NCBI GenBank assembly: GCA_043780835.1
Contig: JAYWCB010000001.1
Coordinates: forward strand, 35,896 to 99,895
Reading direction: 5' to 3'
DNA length: 64,000 bases
Source of the DNA: Minisyncoccota bacterium
GTDB lineage: Bacteria > Patescibacteriota > Minisyncoccia > Phycocordibacterales > UBA2100
The number at the start of each line of letters is the position of its first letter. Within the stretch, counting starts at the first letter, position 1. Under the pieces are notes generated by a model. The model worked only from the letters and a program-made list of their open reading frames with translations. It had not been told where the DNA came from and did no database searches. Position numbers and translations under genes: made by a program. Of the stretch, positions 20,456-30,617 are shown piece by piece.

Positions 20456-21565
20456 ATGTCTCAAATGGCACTTTCAATTGGTATCGTCGGTCTTCCAAAC
20501 GTGGGTAAATCCACGCTTTTTAATGCATTGACGAAAAAAGGCGTTCCTGCTGAAAACTACCCGTTCAACACCATTGACCCGAATGTAGGAGTGGTCGCCG
20601 TGCCTGATCCTCGTCTCTATCGACTCGCCGAGATGTCCAGGTCGCAGAAAACAATTCCGGCTGCTGTCGAGTTTGTAGATATTGCCGGCCTGGTGAAAGG
20701 GGCTTCTGAGGGCGAAGGTCTGGGAAATCAATTTCTCCAGCATATTCGAGAAGTGGATGCCATTGCAGAAGTTGTCCGCGTGTTCGACGACGAAGACGTG
20801 CTCCACGTCAACGGTGACGTGGACCCGAGACGGGATATTGAAATTATCGATCTGGAACTTGTGCTCGCCGATATGCAGTCTGCAGAAAAAATGCTCGATC
20901 GCGCAGAACGAGATTCAAAAGGAAACGATAAAGAAATTATCGCGCAGCGTGATGTGCTTCGCAAAATCGTACCGGTGTTGCAAGAGGGCAAGGCGGCGCG
21001 CACGGTACAACTCGATGCGTCAGAGATTCCCGCCGCAAAGAAATTGCAATTTCTCACGATGAAGCCGATTTTGTATGTACTCAATCGCAAGAGCGGCACG
21101 GTCAATGTGGACGCCGAAAATTCTGAACGGTGGCGAGAGTTGATGCGATTCATGGAGGACCAGGGCGCAAAATACATGATACTGGACGCGGGAGTGGAGC
21201 GCGATCTTTCTGATGTGCACGACGACGAGCGGATGGATTTCAGGCGTGAGCTGGGTGTTTCGGAAGACGGACTCGACGCACTTATTCGAGCTGGGTATTC
21301 CTTGCTCGATCTCATTTCATTCTTTACAACAGGGGAAAAAGAAACGCGTGCATGGACAATAAAGCGCGGATCAACTGCACCGGAGGCGGGAGCAGCAATT
21401 CATACCGATTTTAAGGATAAATTCATTCGTGCAGAAGTGATTGCGTGGGACAAATTACTTGAGTCCGGGGCGCAATCGAAGGCACGGGAAAAGGGTCAAC
21501 TCAGAATTGAGGGTAAGGAATACATCGTGCAAGACGGTGATGTAATGGAATTCCTCCATTCCTAA
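20456..21565 (+). CDS. ychF: Ribosome-binding ATPase YchF (Obg-family GTPase)
   Basis: '[18 protein letters not shown]' P-loop, 'DIAGLV', and a C-terminal TGS domain. Confidence 0.9.
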   Translation: MSQMALSIGIVGLPNVGKSTLFNALTKKGVPAENYPFNTIDPNVGVVAVPDPRLYRLAEMSRSQKTIPAAVEFVDIAGLVKGASEGEGLGNQFLQHIREVDAIAEVVRVFDDEDVLHVNGDVDPRRDIEIIDLELVLADMQSAEKMLDRAERDSKGNDKEIIAQRDVLRKIVPVLQEGKAARTVQLDASEIPAAKKLQFLTMKPILYVLNRKSGTVNVDAENSERWRELMRFMEDQGAKYMILDAGVERDLSDVHDDERMDFRRELGVSEDGLDALIRAGYSLLDLISFFTTGEKETRAWTIKRGSTAPEAGAAIHTDFKDKFIRAEVIAWDKLLESGAQSKAREKGQLRIEGKEYIVQDGDVMEFLHS

Positions 21566-21630
21566 CAAGGAGAGCAAACGATACTAATATTGCGATCCAC
21601 ATAAGCACGCACAGCGTTAAAGTATTCTTT

Positions 21631-21664
21631 ATGCCCTGAGGTCCAACCTCAGGGCATTTGTTTG
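21631..21664 (+). terminator. Rho-independent terminator after ychF
   Basis: ATGCCCTGAGG-TCCAA-CCTCAGGGCAT followed by TTGTTTG. Confidence 0.7.
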
Positions 21665-21713
21665 ATAAGTTCTTATCATTACTATTGATTGATTAGAGCC
21701 GTATGTCAAGGGG

Positions 21714-22715
21714 GTGCTGGTACGTTATAGTTTCATAATGAATACACATAAAGTAACCCCGAAAGACTTTTTTCTATGGGCAGGTGCCATGGTTGGACTC
21801 TACGGCAGCGTTATCTCGCTTATTACACTCATATTTGCCTACGTTGATCAGGCCTTTCCCGACGCGCTCACGCAAGGATCGTCTTACTATCAGGATCCAT
21901 ATTCCGGCGGCATTCGATTTGCTATGGCAAGTTTGATGGTGCTTGTACCTGTGACTCTCGTACTTCTACACCTCATTCGAAAGGATATCGGCAAGGATCT
22001 TACCAAGGCCGATCTTTGGATTCGCAGATGGGCATTGTTTCTCACTTTGTTTCTTGCGGGTCTCGCGATGGTAATCGATCTCATTACGCTCATAAATTAC
22101 TTCCTGGGCGGCGAGCTCACGACGCGATTCGTACTAAAGGTTGCAACAATCCTTTTGGTCGCAAGTGGAGTGTTCATGCACTTCCTCGCAGATTATTGGG
22201 GGTACTGGATCAAATTTCCCGGCAAGGCCCGCTCTATCGGAATTGCCGCTGCTCTATTGGTCGTTCTCGCAATCGTTTCAGGATTCTTTATTATCGGCTC
22301 ACCGAATTCGGTACGCATGATGCGACTCGATTCTCAAAAAGTGCAAGATCTTCAGAATATTCAGTGGCAGGTCATTAACTACTACCAAACCAAGGGACGT
22401 TTGCCGCAATCACTGCAGGAACTGAATGATCCATTGAGTGGAAACGCTATTCCAAAAGACGCGCAGACTGGAGGAGATTACAGTTATCGCATCTCGAAAG
22501 CTCCATACACGTTCGAGGTGTGCGCAACGTTCAATGCCTTATCAACTGGCATGGCACCAGGGGGACCTGTAGCAGCTCCAGTCCCAATGGCGACCAAGCC
22601 GGGTCTCGAGAGCGACTCGTGGGCACACAGCGCTGGTCAAGGTTGTTTTGAACGCACGATAGACCCCGAGCGATACCCGCTCCTTTCAAAAGGAGAAGTC
22701 CCGCTTCAAAAATAA
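21714..22715 (+). CDS. Polytopic membrane protein with C-terminal pseudopilin-like periplasmic domain
   Basis: Five or six TM helices. The C-terminal 'INYYQTKGRLPQSLQEL...IPKDAQTGGDYSYR' resembles the GspG/type IV pilin globular-domain signature. Confidence 0.45.
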   Translation: MLVRYSFIMNTHKVTPKDFFLWAGAMVGLYGSVISLITLIFAYVDQAFPDALTQGSSYYQDPYSGGIRFAMASLMVLVPVTLVLLHLIRKDIGKDLTKADLWIRRWALFLTLFLAGLAMVIDLITLINYFLGGELTTRFVLKVATILLVASGVFMHFLADYWGYWIKFPGKARSIGIAAALLVVLAIVSGFFIIGSPNSVRMMRLDSQKVQDLQNIQWQVINYYQTKGRLPQSLQELNDPLSGNAIPKDAQTGGDYSYRISKAPYTFEVCATFNALSTGMAPGGPVAAPVPMATKPGLESDSWAHSAGQGCFERTIDPERYPLLSKGEVPLQK

Positions 22716-22824
22716 CGCTGTCACGGGCATCTCATAGTTCACTCAAACTTTTTAAAGGCTTGTTAGGGTTACGTGTGGTGTGCCGCGTCAACAGACACCG
22801 GAATACAGATTTAGGAAGATTCGA

Positions 22825-23190
22825 ATGAAAGTTCTCATTGTAGAGGATGAACCCCTCATCACGCTTGAATTGGAAGAAAAAATGCACGAATCAGGAATAC
22901 AGGTGATTTGTGCATCATATGGGATGGACGGAGTAGCGCTTGCGCTCCGCGAACAGCCGGACGTATTGGTTCTCGATCTCGGCCTGCCTGACATACCCGG
23001 ATTGGAGGTGCTCAAGCGCATTCAGGCACAGGGACTCGACATCCCAACCATCGTACTGACGGCCATGCGAGACCCTGATGTAAAACACGAGGTGCATCTT
23101 CAGGGTGTGAATGCGTATTTCGAGAAACCCTTTGACTCTCGATTACTTATTGCGCGCATGCATATAATCTCTAAGACAGTTCGTCAATGA
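22825..23190 (+). CDS. Stand-alone response regulator receiver domain (CheY-like)
   Basis: 'MKVLIVEDEP', 'VLVLDLGLPD' and a conserved Thr/Lys region. RBS AGGAAG 7 nt upstream of ATG 22825. The ORF call began at 22780. Confidence 0.8.
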   Translation: MKVLIVEDEPLITLELEEKMHESGIQVICASYGMDGVALALREQPDVLVLDLGLPDIPGLEVLKRIQAQGLDIPTIVLTAMRDPDVKHEVHLQGVNAYFEKPFDSRLLIARMHIISKTVRQ

Positions 23191-23235
23191 ATTTATCGAA
23201 TCGGTACTATGGCGCGACTCATTGTTCAAGCCCAC

Positions 23236-23285
23236 CCGTAGACGACTCGACGAGAGCTCGTCGAGTCGTCTACGGCTTTCTTTAT
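23236..23285 (+). terminator. Strong rho-independent terminator after the response regulator
   Basis: Perfect 19-bp stem CCGTAGACGACTCGACGAG / CTCGTCGAGTCGTCTACGG with a 2-nt loop, followed by CTTTCTTTAT. Confidence 0.8.
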
Positions 23286-23342
23286 AAGTGCTCTAGATTC
23301 TGCCACATTGAAGCGCGCGCGGCCCGTGGTATTCTCCACTGA

Positions 23343-26210
23343 ATGAAGTCGTACGATCACAAGAAAATTGAGCAAAAGTGGCAAAAACAGTGGGCAAAAG
23401 AGGGCGCGTACAAAACAGATGCCGATACGTCAAAACCTAAATATTACGTACTCGACATGTTTCCGTATCCGTCCGGTGCGGGGCTTCACGTAGGGCATCC
23501 AAAAGGCTACATAGCGTCTGACATTGTTGCGAGAAAGAAGCGCGCAGAAGGATATCGCGTGTTACATCCGATGGGCTGGGACGCATTTGGACTACCGGCG
23601 GAAAATTACGCAATCAAAACAGGTACTCCACCGCAGCAAACAACCGACGAGTCCATCGCGACGTTCAAATCTCAGATTTCTAATCTTGCGCTCTCATATG
23701 ACTGGGATCGTGAGATTGGTAGTCATCGACCGGATTACTATCGGTGGACGCAGTGGCTCTTTACAAAATTTTTCGAAAAAGGGCTTGTCTATAAAAAGAA
23801 GGCACTTGTAAACTGGGATCCGGTGGATCAGACTGTACTTGCCAACGAGCAGGTCTTACCCGACGGCACAGCGGAACGCTCCGGCGCAATTGTTGAAAAA
23901 AAAGATCTCGAACAATGGTTTTATAAAATTACTGACTACGCAGATGAGCTTGCCGGCAGCCTCGACACAATCGACTGGCCTGAGTCAACGAAAATAAATC
24001 AACGCAACTGGATCGGTCGCTCAGAGGGCGCAGAAATCGATTTTTACCTGGACTTCGGTGACGAGACAATCAATGCTCGCACGGATCCGCAGGGAAAGCG
24101 CGCGCACATTACCGTATTCACGACCCGACCTGACACGCTCTTTGGTGCTACATACCTTGTGCTTGCCCCGGAGCATCCATGGGTGACACTCGCGCTTGGC
24201 CATACAACGGTGCTTGAAAATAACGATGAGGTTGCACAATACGTGGAATCTTCAAAAAAGAAAACTGATATCGATCGTTTAGCTGCCAACAAAGAAAAGA
24301 CCGGTGTTCAGTTGAAAGGTGTTATGGCGGTCAATCCTGCAACCGGACAAAACATCCCACTCTTTGTTGCTGACTATGTATTGGCTCACTACGGTACCGG
24401 TGCAATTATGGCAGTGCCGGCTCACGACGATCGTGACATGCTTTTTGCCCGCACGTTCGATCTCCCGATTACGCAAGTCGTGGTACCGGTATACGGCGCT
24501 GCAGATAAGAGGCCGGATGCGGTCTTTCGACAAACGATTAATGCAGTAGTTCGCAATGACGACGGGCGTGTTTTGTTTTTGAAATGGAAAGACTACCAAT
24601 GGGTTACAAACGTCATTGGCGGCGTCGAACAGGGAGAAACCATAGAACGCGCTGCCATTCGTGAAGTACTCGAAGAAACCGGGTATCGCACCCGACCAAT
24701 TTTTTCTTCACCGATTGTGATCGAGTCACATTTCTATGCTGAGCACAAAAAGGAATGGCGTTCTCGTATGGATACACCCGTACTGCTTGAACTTGAGAGT
24801 GACCAAAAAGGACCTCTTTCAGAAGAAGAGCGAGAAAAACACGACACCGTATGGATGACATATGAAGAAGCGCAGAAACACGGTCTATTCCATAACAATA
24901 AACTTGCCCTAGATCTTGCCCTCGGAAAAATAATCTCCTACTCGGATCCGCTCTATGGCGAGGAACAGGTGCTCATAAATTCAGGAGAGTTTAATGGCAT
25001 GAATGTCCGTAATGCAAAAAAGGCGATGACTGAAAAATTCGGACGCATAAAGAAGACATATAAAATGCGCGACTGGCTTATTTCGCGTCAGCGATACTGG
25101 GGAACTCCGATTCCGATTGTGTACGATCCGGAAGGGAAGGCTCATGCGATACCTGAGCAGCATTTGCCGTGGCTCCTACCGACTGATGTTGAGTATCTTC
25201 CAAAAGGCACCTCGCCACTCGGGAGTTCGAAAGAATTATTTGAAAGAACGGAACGTATCTTTGGAAAAGGTTGGAAGCCGGAAATCGATACCATGGATAC
25301 CTTTGCGTGCTCTTCGTGGTATTTTTTCCGCTTTGCGGATCCGCATAACAGCGACGAGTTTGCATCAAAGAAAGCTTTGGAGGAATGGCTGCCGGTAGAT
25401 CTCTACATAGGCGGCGCAGAGCACACCGTGCTGCACTTGCTGTACGCACGCTTTTACACCAAAGCGCTACGAGACATGGGATACCTTGATTTCGACGAGC
25501 CGTTTCTTAAATTACGCCATCAGGGTCTGATCGTAGCAGAGGATGGACGCAAAATGAGCAAGCGATATGGCAACGTCATAAATCCTGACGACATCGTAGA
25601 GAGCTACGGAGCAGACACATTACGTGTCTACGAAATGTTTATGGGACCGTTTCAAGATTCGATTGCATGGAATACACAGAGTATGATCGGTTCACGGCGG
25701 TTTCTGGAGCGCGTGTGGCGACTGAGCGAACATGCGGGGGACACGCCTGATGACTCGCTCGAACGGCAGCTCCATCGCACCATTAAAAAAGTGACCGAAG
25801 ATATCGAATTGTTCAAGTTCAATACGGCGATTTCGACACTGATGATATTCGTAAATGAGGCGGAAAAAAAATCTCTGTCCGAAGACCAGTTCGGTCGCTT
25901 CTTGCAGTTGCTCGCACCGTTTGCGCCGCATATTGCAGAGGAACTCTGGCACGAAATCGGCCATATCGAATCTATCGTTTCGTTTCCAATGCCCCTCTAT
26001 GACGACGACATGCTCGAAGAAGATTTTGTAACAGTAGCGATCCAAATAAACGGAAAGACTCGCGCCGACGTTGTGCTCCCTATGGGCACCAATAACGCCG
26101 AAACTGAGACGCGGGCGGCAGAAGCAGTTGCAGCAAGACTCGACGGCAAAACAGTCACGCGCATCATAGTAGTCCCGAACAAATTGGTGAACTTTGTTCT
26201 CACAGAATAG
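23343..26210 (+). CDS. leuS: Leucyl-tRNA synthetase with an inserted Nudix domain
   Basis: 'HVGHPKGY' (HIGH), 'KMSKR', and CP1 editing motifs 'TTRPDTLFGATY' and 'GTGAIMAVPAHDDRD'. At 955 aa it is about 100 aa longer than E. coli LeuRS. Confidence 0.92.
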   Translation: MKSYDHKKIEQKWQKQWAKEGAYKTDADTSKPKYYVLDMFPYPSGAGLHVGHPKGYIASDIVARKKRAEGYRVLHPMGWDAFGLPAENYAIKTGTPPQQTTDESIATFKSQISNLALSYDWDREIGSHRPDYYRWTQWLFTKFFEKGLVYKKKALVNWDPVDQTVLANEQVLPDGTAERSGAIVEKKDLEQWFYKITDYADELAGSLDTIDWPESTKINQRNWIGRSEGAEIDFYLDFGDETINARTDPQGKRAHITVFTTRPDTLFGATYLVLAPEHPWVTLALGHTTVLENNDEVAQYVESSKKKTDIDRLAANKEKTGVQLKGVMAVNPATGQNIPLFVADYVLAHYGTGAIMAVPAHDDRDMLFARTFDLPITQVVVPVYGAADKRPDAVFRQTINAVVRNDDGRVLFLKWKDYQWVTNVIGGVEQGETIERAAIREVLEETGYRTRPIFSSPIVIESHFYAEHKKEWRSRMDTPVLLELESDQKGPLSEEEREKHDTVWMTYEEAQKHGLFHNNKLALDLALGKIISYSDPLYGEEQVLINSGEFNGMNVRNAKKAMTEKFGRIKKTYKMRDWLISRQRYWGTPIPIVYDPEGKAHAIPEQHLPWLLPTDVEYLPKGTSPLGSSKELFERTERIFGKGWKPEIDTMDTFACSSWYFFRFADPHNSDEFASKKALEEWLPVDLYIGGAEHTVLHLLYARFYTKALRDMGYLDFDEPFLKLRHQGLIVAEDGRKMSKRYGNVINPDDIVESYGADTLRVYEMFMGPFQDSIAWNTQSMIGSRRFLERVWRLSEHAGDTPDDSLERQLHRTIKKVTEDIELFKFNTAISTLMIFVNEAEKKSLSEDQFGRFLQLLAPFAPHIAEELWHEIGHIESIVSFPMPLYDDDMLEEDFVTVAIQINGKTRADVVLPMGTNNAETETRAAEAVAARLDGKTVTRIIVVPNKLVNFVLTE
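24483..24971 (+). other. Nudix hydrolase domain inserted within the CP1 editing domain of LeuRS (aa about 381-543)
   Basis: Perfect Nudix box 'GGVEQGETIERAAIREVLEETGY' (G-x5-E-x7-REUxEExGU) at nt 24618-24686. It lies between the editing-domain motif 'AHDDRD...PITQVV' and 'SGEFNG', where E. coli has only about 25 aa. Confidence 0.6.
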
Positions 26211-26216
26211 CGGTAA

Positions 26217-27737
26217 TTATTTGAGCGGCTTTTTAAAGATTTTCGGACCATCAAGCGCATCCTCAATGCCGAGTCCGAGCACATCAAGCTCTTCACGCAG
26301 AGTATCCGCAGTGGTCCAATTCTTTTCGCTGCGGGCCAATTCCCGTCTTTGCACAATATCTATAACCTGCGAGGATTGCTCCGACTCCGCCACATATTCA
26401 CGCGTTTCAGCCTTCGCGAGCGCGAGCGCAGCGGCATCGGGAATTGCGAGATTGAGTCCCAGAACACGATCCGCGTCGAGGAGCGTGGTCAGACGTGTTG
26501 CATGGGAGAGCGATTCGTCTTTTACCATTTCCCACACGATCGCAAGCGCACCCGCAGTATCGAGATCATCATTCAATCGTTCGTGAATTTTTGTACGGTA
26601 CCCGTCTTCGATCTGACCCGGCTCCTCTGTAAAAGAAAGCCGAGCGGCAACAAGGCGCGCAAACGCACTTTGAGCGGCACCAAGCGCTTCGTACGTAAAG
26701 TTCATCGAGGTGCGATAATGAGCACCTAAGAACAAATAGCGGAGCGCGAGCGGATGAAACCCTTTTTCCTGAATATCGGACAAATACACCGCTGCGCCTT
26801 TTGATTTAGCGATCTTGCCGCCGTTGATCTGTATGTGAGCGCGATGCAGCCAAAAGCGAGACAGCGGTTTTCGACCCGTTGCAGCTTCGGATTGCGCAAT
26901 TTCGTTGTTGTGATGAATCGGAATATGCTCTATACCCCCGGTGTGAATATCGATTTGTTCTCCCAGTGTTGCCCGGATCATTGCGGAGCATTCGATATGC
27001 CATCCCGGAAAGCCAAGCCCCCACGGCGATTCCCACCCTATCTTTTTATCACTTTTCCATAAGAGAAAATCCGTCGGATTTCGTTTCTCGTCAGAGACGC
27101 CGATACGCGCGCCCTCCTTCAGACCTTCCAGATTGATAGCACCCAGCTTGCCGTAGTCGGGAAACTGTGACGTGTCGAAGTAGACACCGTCTTTGGTCTT
27201 GTAGGCGTAACTTTTTTCCTCGAGCGCGCGAATCATCGCAATTTGCGCAGGTATGTACTCGCTCGCAAACGGAAACGTAATTTTCTTTGTATTGATGTTG
27301 AGTTCTGAAATATCCCGCAGAAACACATCAGCATATTTTTTTGCGAGTACATGCATATTGTCGAGAGTCGGTTTCATGCCTTCGCGCTTCAACCCTTTAC
27401 TCATGCGGTCCTCTCCATGATCGGCATCTCCGTCATTGTCGCCGGATAGATGTCCGAAATCTGTAAAATTGATGACCTGCTTTACCGTAAAATCGTTATA
27501 CTCGAGCACCAGTCGAAGCACATCGGTAAACACAAACATAGAAAGATTTCCGATATGCTGCGGTCCGTACACGGTCGGGCCGCAGTTATACATGCGGACG
27601 GTTTTCACACGAGACGGCAGTGTAAATGACTCCTTCTCGCCCGAGAGGGTATTGTGGAAAAGCAGCGCGCGAGCGGGCTGTGTCGGCGGAGGCTCAGGAG
27701 CACGGGAGAACAAACGACGAAATCCAAAAAACTTCAT
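26217..27737 (-). CDS. cysS: Cysteinyl-tRNA synthetase
   Basis: 'MYNCGPTVYGPQHIGN' (HIGH), 'KIAKSKG' (KMSKS) and Zn-binding Cys residues. Confidence 0.9.
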   Translation of the reverse strand: MKFFGFRRLFSRAPEPPPTQPARALLFHNTLSGEKESFTLPSRVKTVRMYNCGPTVYGPQHIGNLSMFVFTDVLRLVLEYNDFTVKQVINFTDFGHLSGDNDGDADHGEDRMSKGLKREGMKPTLDNMHVLAKKYADVFLRDISELNINTKKITFPFASEYIPAQIAMIRALEEKSYAYKTKDGVYFDTSQFPDYGKLGAINLEGLKEGARIGVSDEKRNPTDFLLWKSDKKIGWESPWGLGFPGWHIECSAMIRATLGEQIDIHTGGIEHIPIHHNNEIAQSEAATGRKPLSRFWLHRAHIQINGGKIAKSKGAAVYLSDIQEKGFHPLALRYLFLGAHYRTSMNFTYEALGAAQSAFARLVAARLSFTEEPGQIEDGYRTKIHERLNDDLDTAGALAIVWEMVKDESLSHATRLTTLLDADRVLGLNLAIPDAAALALAKAETREYVAESEQSSQVIDIVQRRELARSEKNWTTADTLREELDVLGLGIEDALDGPKIFKKPLK

Positions 27738-27763
27738 CGGTGTATTGTACTAGGTGGGAAGTG

Positions 27764-28675
27764 TTAGAGCCACTTTCGGTGCTTAAAGTACCAAAACATA
27801 ACTGATCCTGCACCAACCACCATGAGTACCAGTGTCCAAAAACCATGACTCATGTGGCGAACGGGATTATCGAGTGTGCTTGTATCAAGAATCGCTACAA
27901 AGAGTGCAAGCGGAAATGTCACCAATGCCATAATGGTGAGAACGCGCATGGTTTCGTTCTGCTTTGTGGTCAGCAGCGAATTGTTGGTCTCGCGCAATTC
28001 ATGGAGCGACTCTGTATTGCGCATGATGTGATTGTGTACCCGGTAATATTCGTTGGACATGCCTTTTAAATGCGGTACGAATTCACTTCCAAAGAATTTT
28101 GAGCCGTTCGTTTCGAGATCGTGAAGCACTTCGCGGTGCGGTTCTATTGTTTGCCGTAGATTAAGCAGATCACGAGCGCTGCGCGAAATTGCTTGTACCA
28201 TTTCCACTTCGTGACCGGTGAAAATATGCTCCTCGATTTGGGAGAGCTCACGGCGAATATATTCGCCCTCATGGTCGATTGATTTATACAAGTTCTTCAA
28301 CATGTAGTAGAGCAAAAATCCGGCATGATCTCCTAAATGCTCCCGATCAAGCATACTTTGAGCTTCAAATACTTTTGAGAATTTGTGTAATGGGTCGACG
28401 GCGTCGTAGTGGGTTGTAATAATAAATTTTTGACCGACGACAAAGTCAACTTCCTGCTCCATGGTTTTGCGTCCATGACGCAGTGCGGGAAAATGGAGAA
28501 TGAGATAAATCCATTGTGCTCCAAAATCAACTCGGGGCTTGAGAGACGGTAGAAGCAACTCCTCCGCGGTCGCGTGATCTAAATCAAACTCAACAGCAAT
28601 GTCGGCAATTTCTTGCGGAGACGGCGACTGCAGATCGATCCACGTGAGATCGTTGTGGGTATGGCGGGATATCAT
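27764..28675 (-). CDS. corA: CorA-family divalent cation transporter (divergent pore motif)
   Basis: Cytoplasmic CorA-like N-domain and two C-terminal TM helices. The canonical GMN motif is not evident. Confidence 0.65.
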   Translation of the reverse strand: MISRHTHNDLTWIDLQSPSPQEIADIAVEFDLDHATAEELLLPSLKPRVDFGAQWIYLILHFPALRHGRKTMEQEVDFVVGQKFIITTHYDAVDPLHKFSKVFEAQSMLDREHLGDHAGFLLYYMLKNLYKSIDHEGEYIRRELSQIEEHIFTGHEVEMVQAISRSARDLLNLRQTIEPHREVLHDLETNGSKFFGSEFVPHLKGMSNEYYRVHNHIMRNTESLHELRETNNSLLTTKQNETMRVLTIMALVTFPLALFVAILDTSTLDNPVRHMSHGFWTLVLMVVGAGSVMFWYFKHRKWL

Positions 28676-28705
28676 GTCGACTGATTATATCTCATACAAA
28701 CTCGT

Positions 28706-30034
28706 GTGTGTTCTTATTCACTTTGTGCGAGAGGGCCGCTATGCGATAATGCCCCGATGAAAAACGGCAGGGTTGTTCCTTTGAGTTCTGCAATTGGCAT
28801 GGGTCTGCTTATTCTTGCAATCGGTGTCGTCGGAGGGTTTGAATTCGCAGTCTCTGCATCTTCTCAGTCGATCTCGCGTGCTCAAGCACCGGAAAATGTA
28901 GATTTTTCACCTGTATGGAAGGCCTGGCAGATTATTGATGAAAAGTTCGTTCCCGCATCCGTTGCCTCTACCACACCGGTAGCAACGACGACCGAAGACA
29001 AAAATAACGTCCGTGTATACGGCATGATACAAGGTCTTGCCGCTTCTTTGGGCGATCCCTATACCTATTTTATGCCGCCGCAGGAAGCGACCCAATTCGC
29101 AGACGACATGAGCGGTTTATTTGAAGGCGTCGGCATGGAAGTCGCTATAAAAAATGAAATGCTCACTGTCGTGACGCCGCTCAAAGGTACGCCCGCTGAC
29201 AAGGCCGGCATAAAAAGCGGCGATATTATTTTGAAAATTGACGGCAGCTCCACGCAGGGCATGGAGGTCAATACTGCCATCAAGAAAATTCGTGGACCGA
29301 AAGACAGCCAAGTGACGCTCTTTATTATGCGCGAGGGTTGGAGCGAACCCAAAGACATTAAGGTGACGCGACAGGTGATCAATGTGCCTATCGTAAAATC
29401 CACAATGCGACCGGACGGTGTGTTTGTAATCTCCGTCGCCACATTTACCTCAAATTCACCTGACCTTTTTCGAGATGCGCTTCGAGAATTTAAGAAATCC
29501 GGATCCAACAAACTCATAATAGACTTGCGTGGTGATCCGGGCGGCTACCTGGAAGCGGCGGTGCAGATGGCGAGTTGGTTTATGCCGGCTGGAAAAATCA
29601 TTGTGACCGAGGATTATGCAGGTCACGAGGAAAATATCGTCCATCGTTCAATGGGGTACAACATCTTCGACAAAAATCTACAGGTGATAATCCTCATGGA
29701 TAAAGGATCTGCCTCTGCTTCGGAAATATTTGCGGGAGCTATGCGACAAAACATCGGGTCCAAACTTGTCGGCACGAATTCATTCGGCAAGGGCTCGGTG
29801 CAGGAGTTGATAGATATTACACCGGGCACTTCGCTCAAGATCACGGTGGCGCGATGGTTGGAACCGGATGGTGTACACATCCCGCTTACCGGAATTGTCC
29901 CTGACGTAGAAGTGAAAATCACAGACGCCGACATAAAAGCGGGTCGCGATCCGCAACTCGATAAGGCGCTCGAAATGCTCGGCGTAAAAACTCCTGTAAA
30001 GTCCGCCGCAAGTTCTACTCCGTCGAAGAAGTAA
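28706..30034 (+). CDS. ctpA: Carboxyl-terminal processing protease (S41) with PDZ domain
   Basis: PDZ 'GTPADKAGIKSGDIILKIDG' and S41 'IIDLRGDPGGYL' motifs, with an N-terminal anchor. Confidence 0.85.
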   Translation: MCSYSLCARGPLCDNAPMKNGRVVPLSSAIGMGLLILAIGVVGGFEFAVSASSQSISRAQAPENVDFSPVWKAWQIIDEKFVPASVASTTPVATTTEDKNNVRVYGMIQGLAASLGDPYTYFMPPQEATQFADDMSGLFEGVGMEVAIKNEMLTVVTPLKGTPADKAGIKSGDIILKIDGSSTQGMEVNTAIKKIRGPKDSQVTLFIMREGWSEPKDIKVTRQVINVPIVKSTMRPDGVFVISVATFTSNSPDLFRDALREFKKSGSNKLIIDLRGDPGGYLEAAVQMASWFMPAGKIIVTEDYAGHEENIVHRSMGYNIFDKNLQVIILMDKGSASASEIFAGAMRQNIGSKLVGTNSFGKGSVQELIDITPGTSLKITVARWLEPDGVHIPLTGIVPDVEVKITDADIKAGRDPQLDKALEMLGVKTPVKSAASSTPSKK

Positions 30035-30047
30035 CCAATTTCATTAT

Positions 30048-30563
30048 TTGACATCGATACAGTATTTCAGCTCGATTATAGACGTGCTACCGCCTCCATA
30101 TCGAACGGGGTACACTAGCCATATGAAAGTGATCTTCAAGAAAGACGTGGGTGGGGTCGGGCAACGGGGAAGCGTGAAAGACGTCTCAGACGGCTACGCG
30201 CTCAACTTTTTGATTCCGAAAGGACTGGCGGAACAGGCCACTCCCGATAAGGTCGCCGCCTATCTAAAAAGCCAAAAAGCCCTTGCCGATGAAAGTGCGG
30301 CGAGAGAAAAGGAATGGGCTGAGCAGTCCATTCGCATGAGCGGAACCAAGTTTCAAGTCCATGCGAAAGCCAATAGCCAAGGACATCTCTACAAGCAGCT
30401 CGGGCAGAACGAGATCATTGATGCAATCAAAAAAATATTCGGTGTCGATATGCCGCAAAACATGATTCTCATCAGTTCGCAAATTAAATCAGCGGGTGAA
30501 CATGAGATTGCAATAAAGCTTGGTAAAAATACCGTCAAGATGACGCTTGTCGTCGTGACATAG
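30048..30563 (+). CDS. rplI: 50S ribosomal protein L9
   Basis: 'MKVIFKKDVGGVGQRGSVKDVSDGYALNFLIPKG' is the classic L9 N-terminus. Confidence 0.9.
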   Translation: MTSIQYFSSIIDVLPPPYRTGYTSHMKVIFKKDVGGVGQRGSVKDVSDGYALNFLIPKGLAEQATPDKVAAYLKSQKALADESAAREKEWAEQSIRMSGTKFQVHAKANSQGHLYKQLGQNEIIDAIKKIFGVDMPQNMILISSQIKSAGEHEIAIKLGKNTVKMTLVVVT

Positions 30564-30573
30564 TTCAAAAAAG

Positions 30574-30605
30574 AAAACACCTCGCATTGAGGTGTTTTCT
30601 TTTGT
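30574..30605 (+). terminator. Rho-independent terminator after rplI, bidirectional with rpmA
   Basis: AAAACACCTC-GCATT-GAGGTGTTTT followed by CTTTT. Confidence 0.7.
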
Positions 30606-30617
30606 GAAAAGTTGAAA

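Noticed and set aside
26194-27136. Several 75-130-aa plus-strand ORFs (26194..26586, 26349..26729, 26835..27062, 26879..27136)
   Set aside because: All are antisense to the intact cysteinyl-tRNA synthetase gene and have no motifs.
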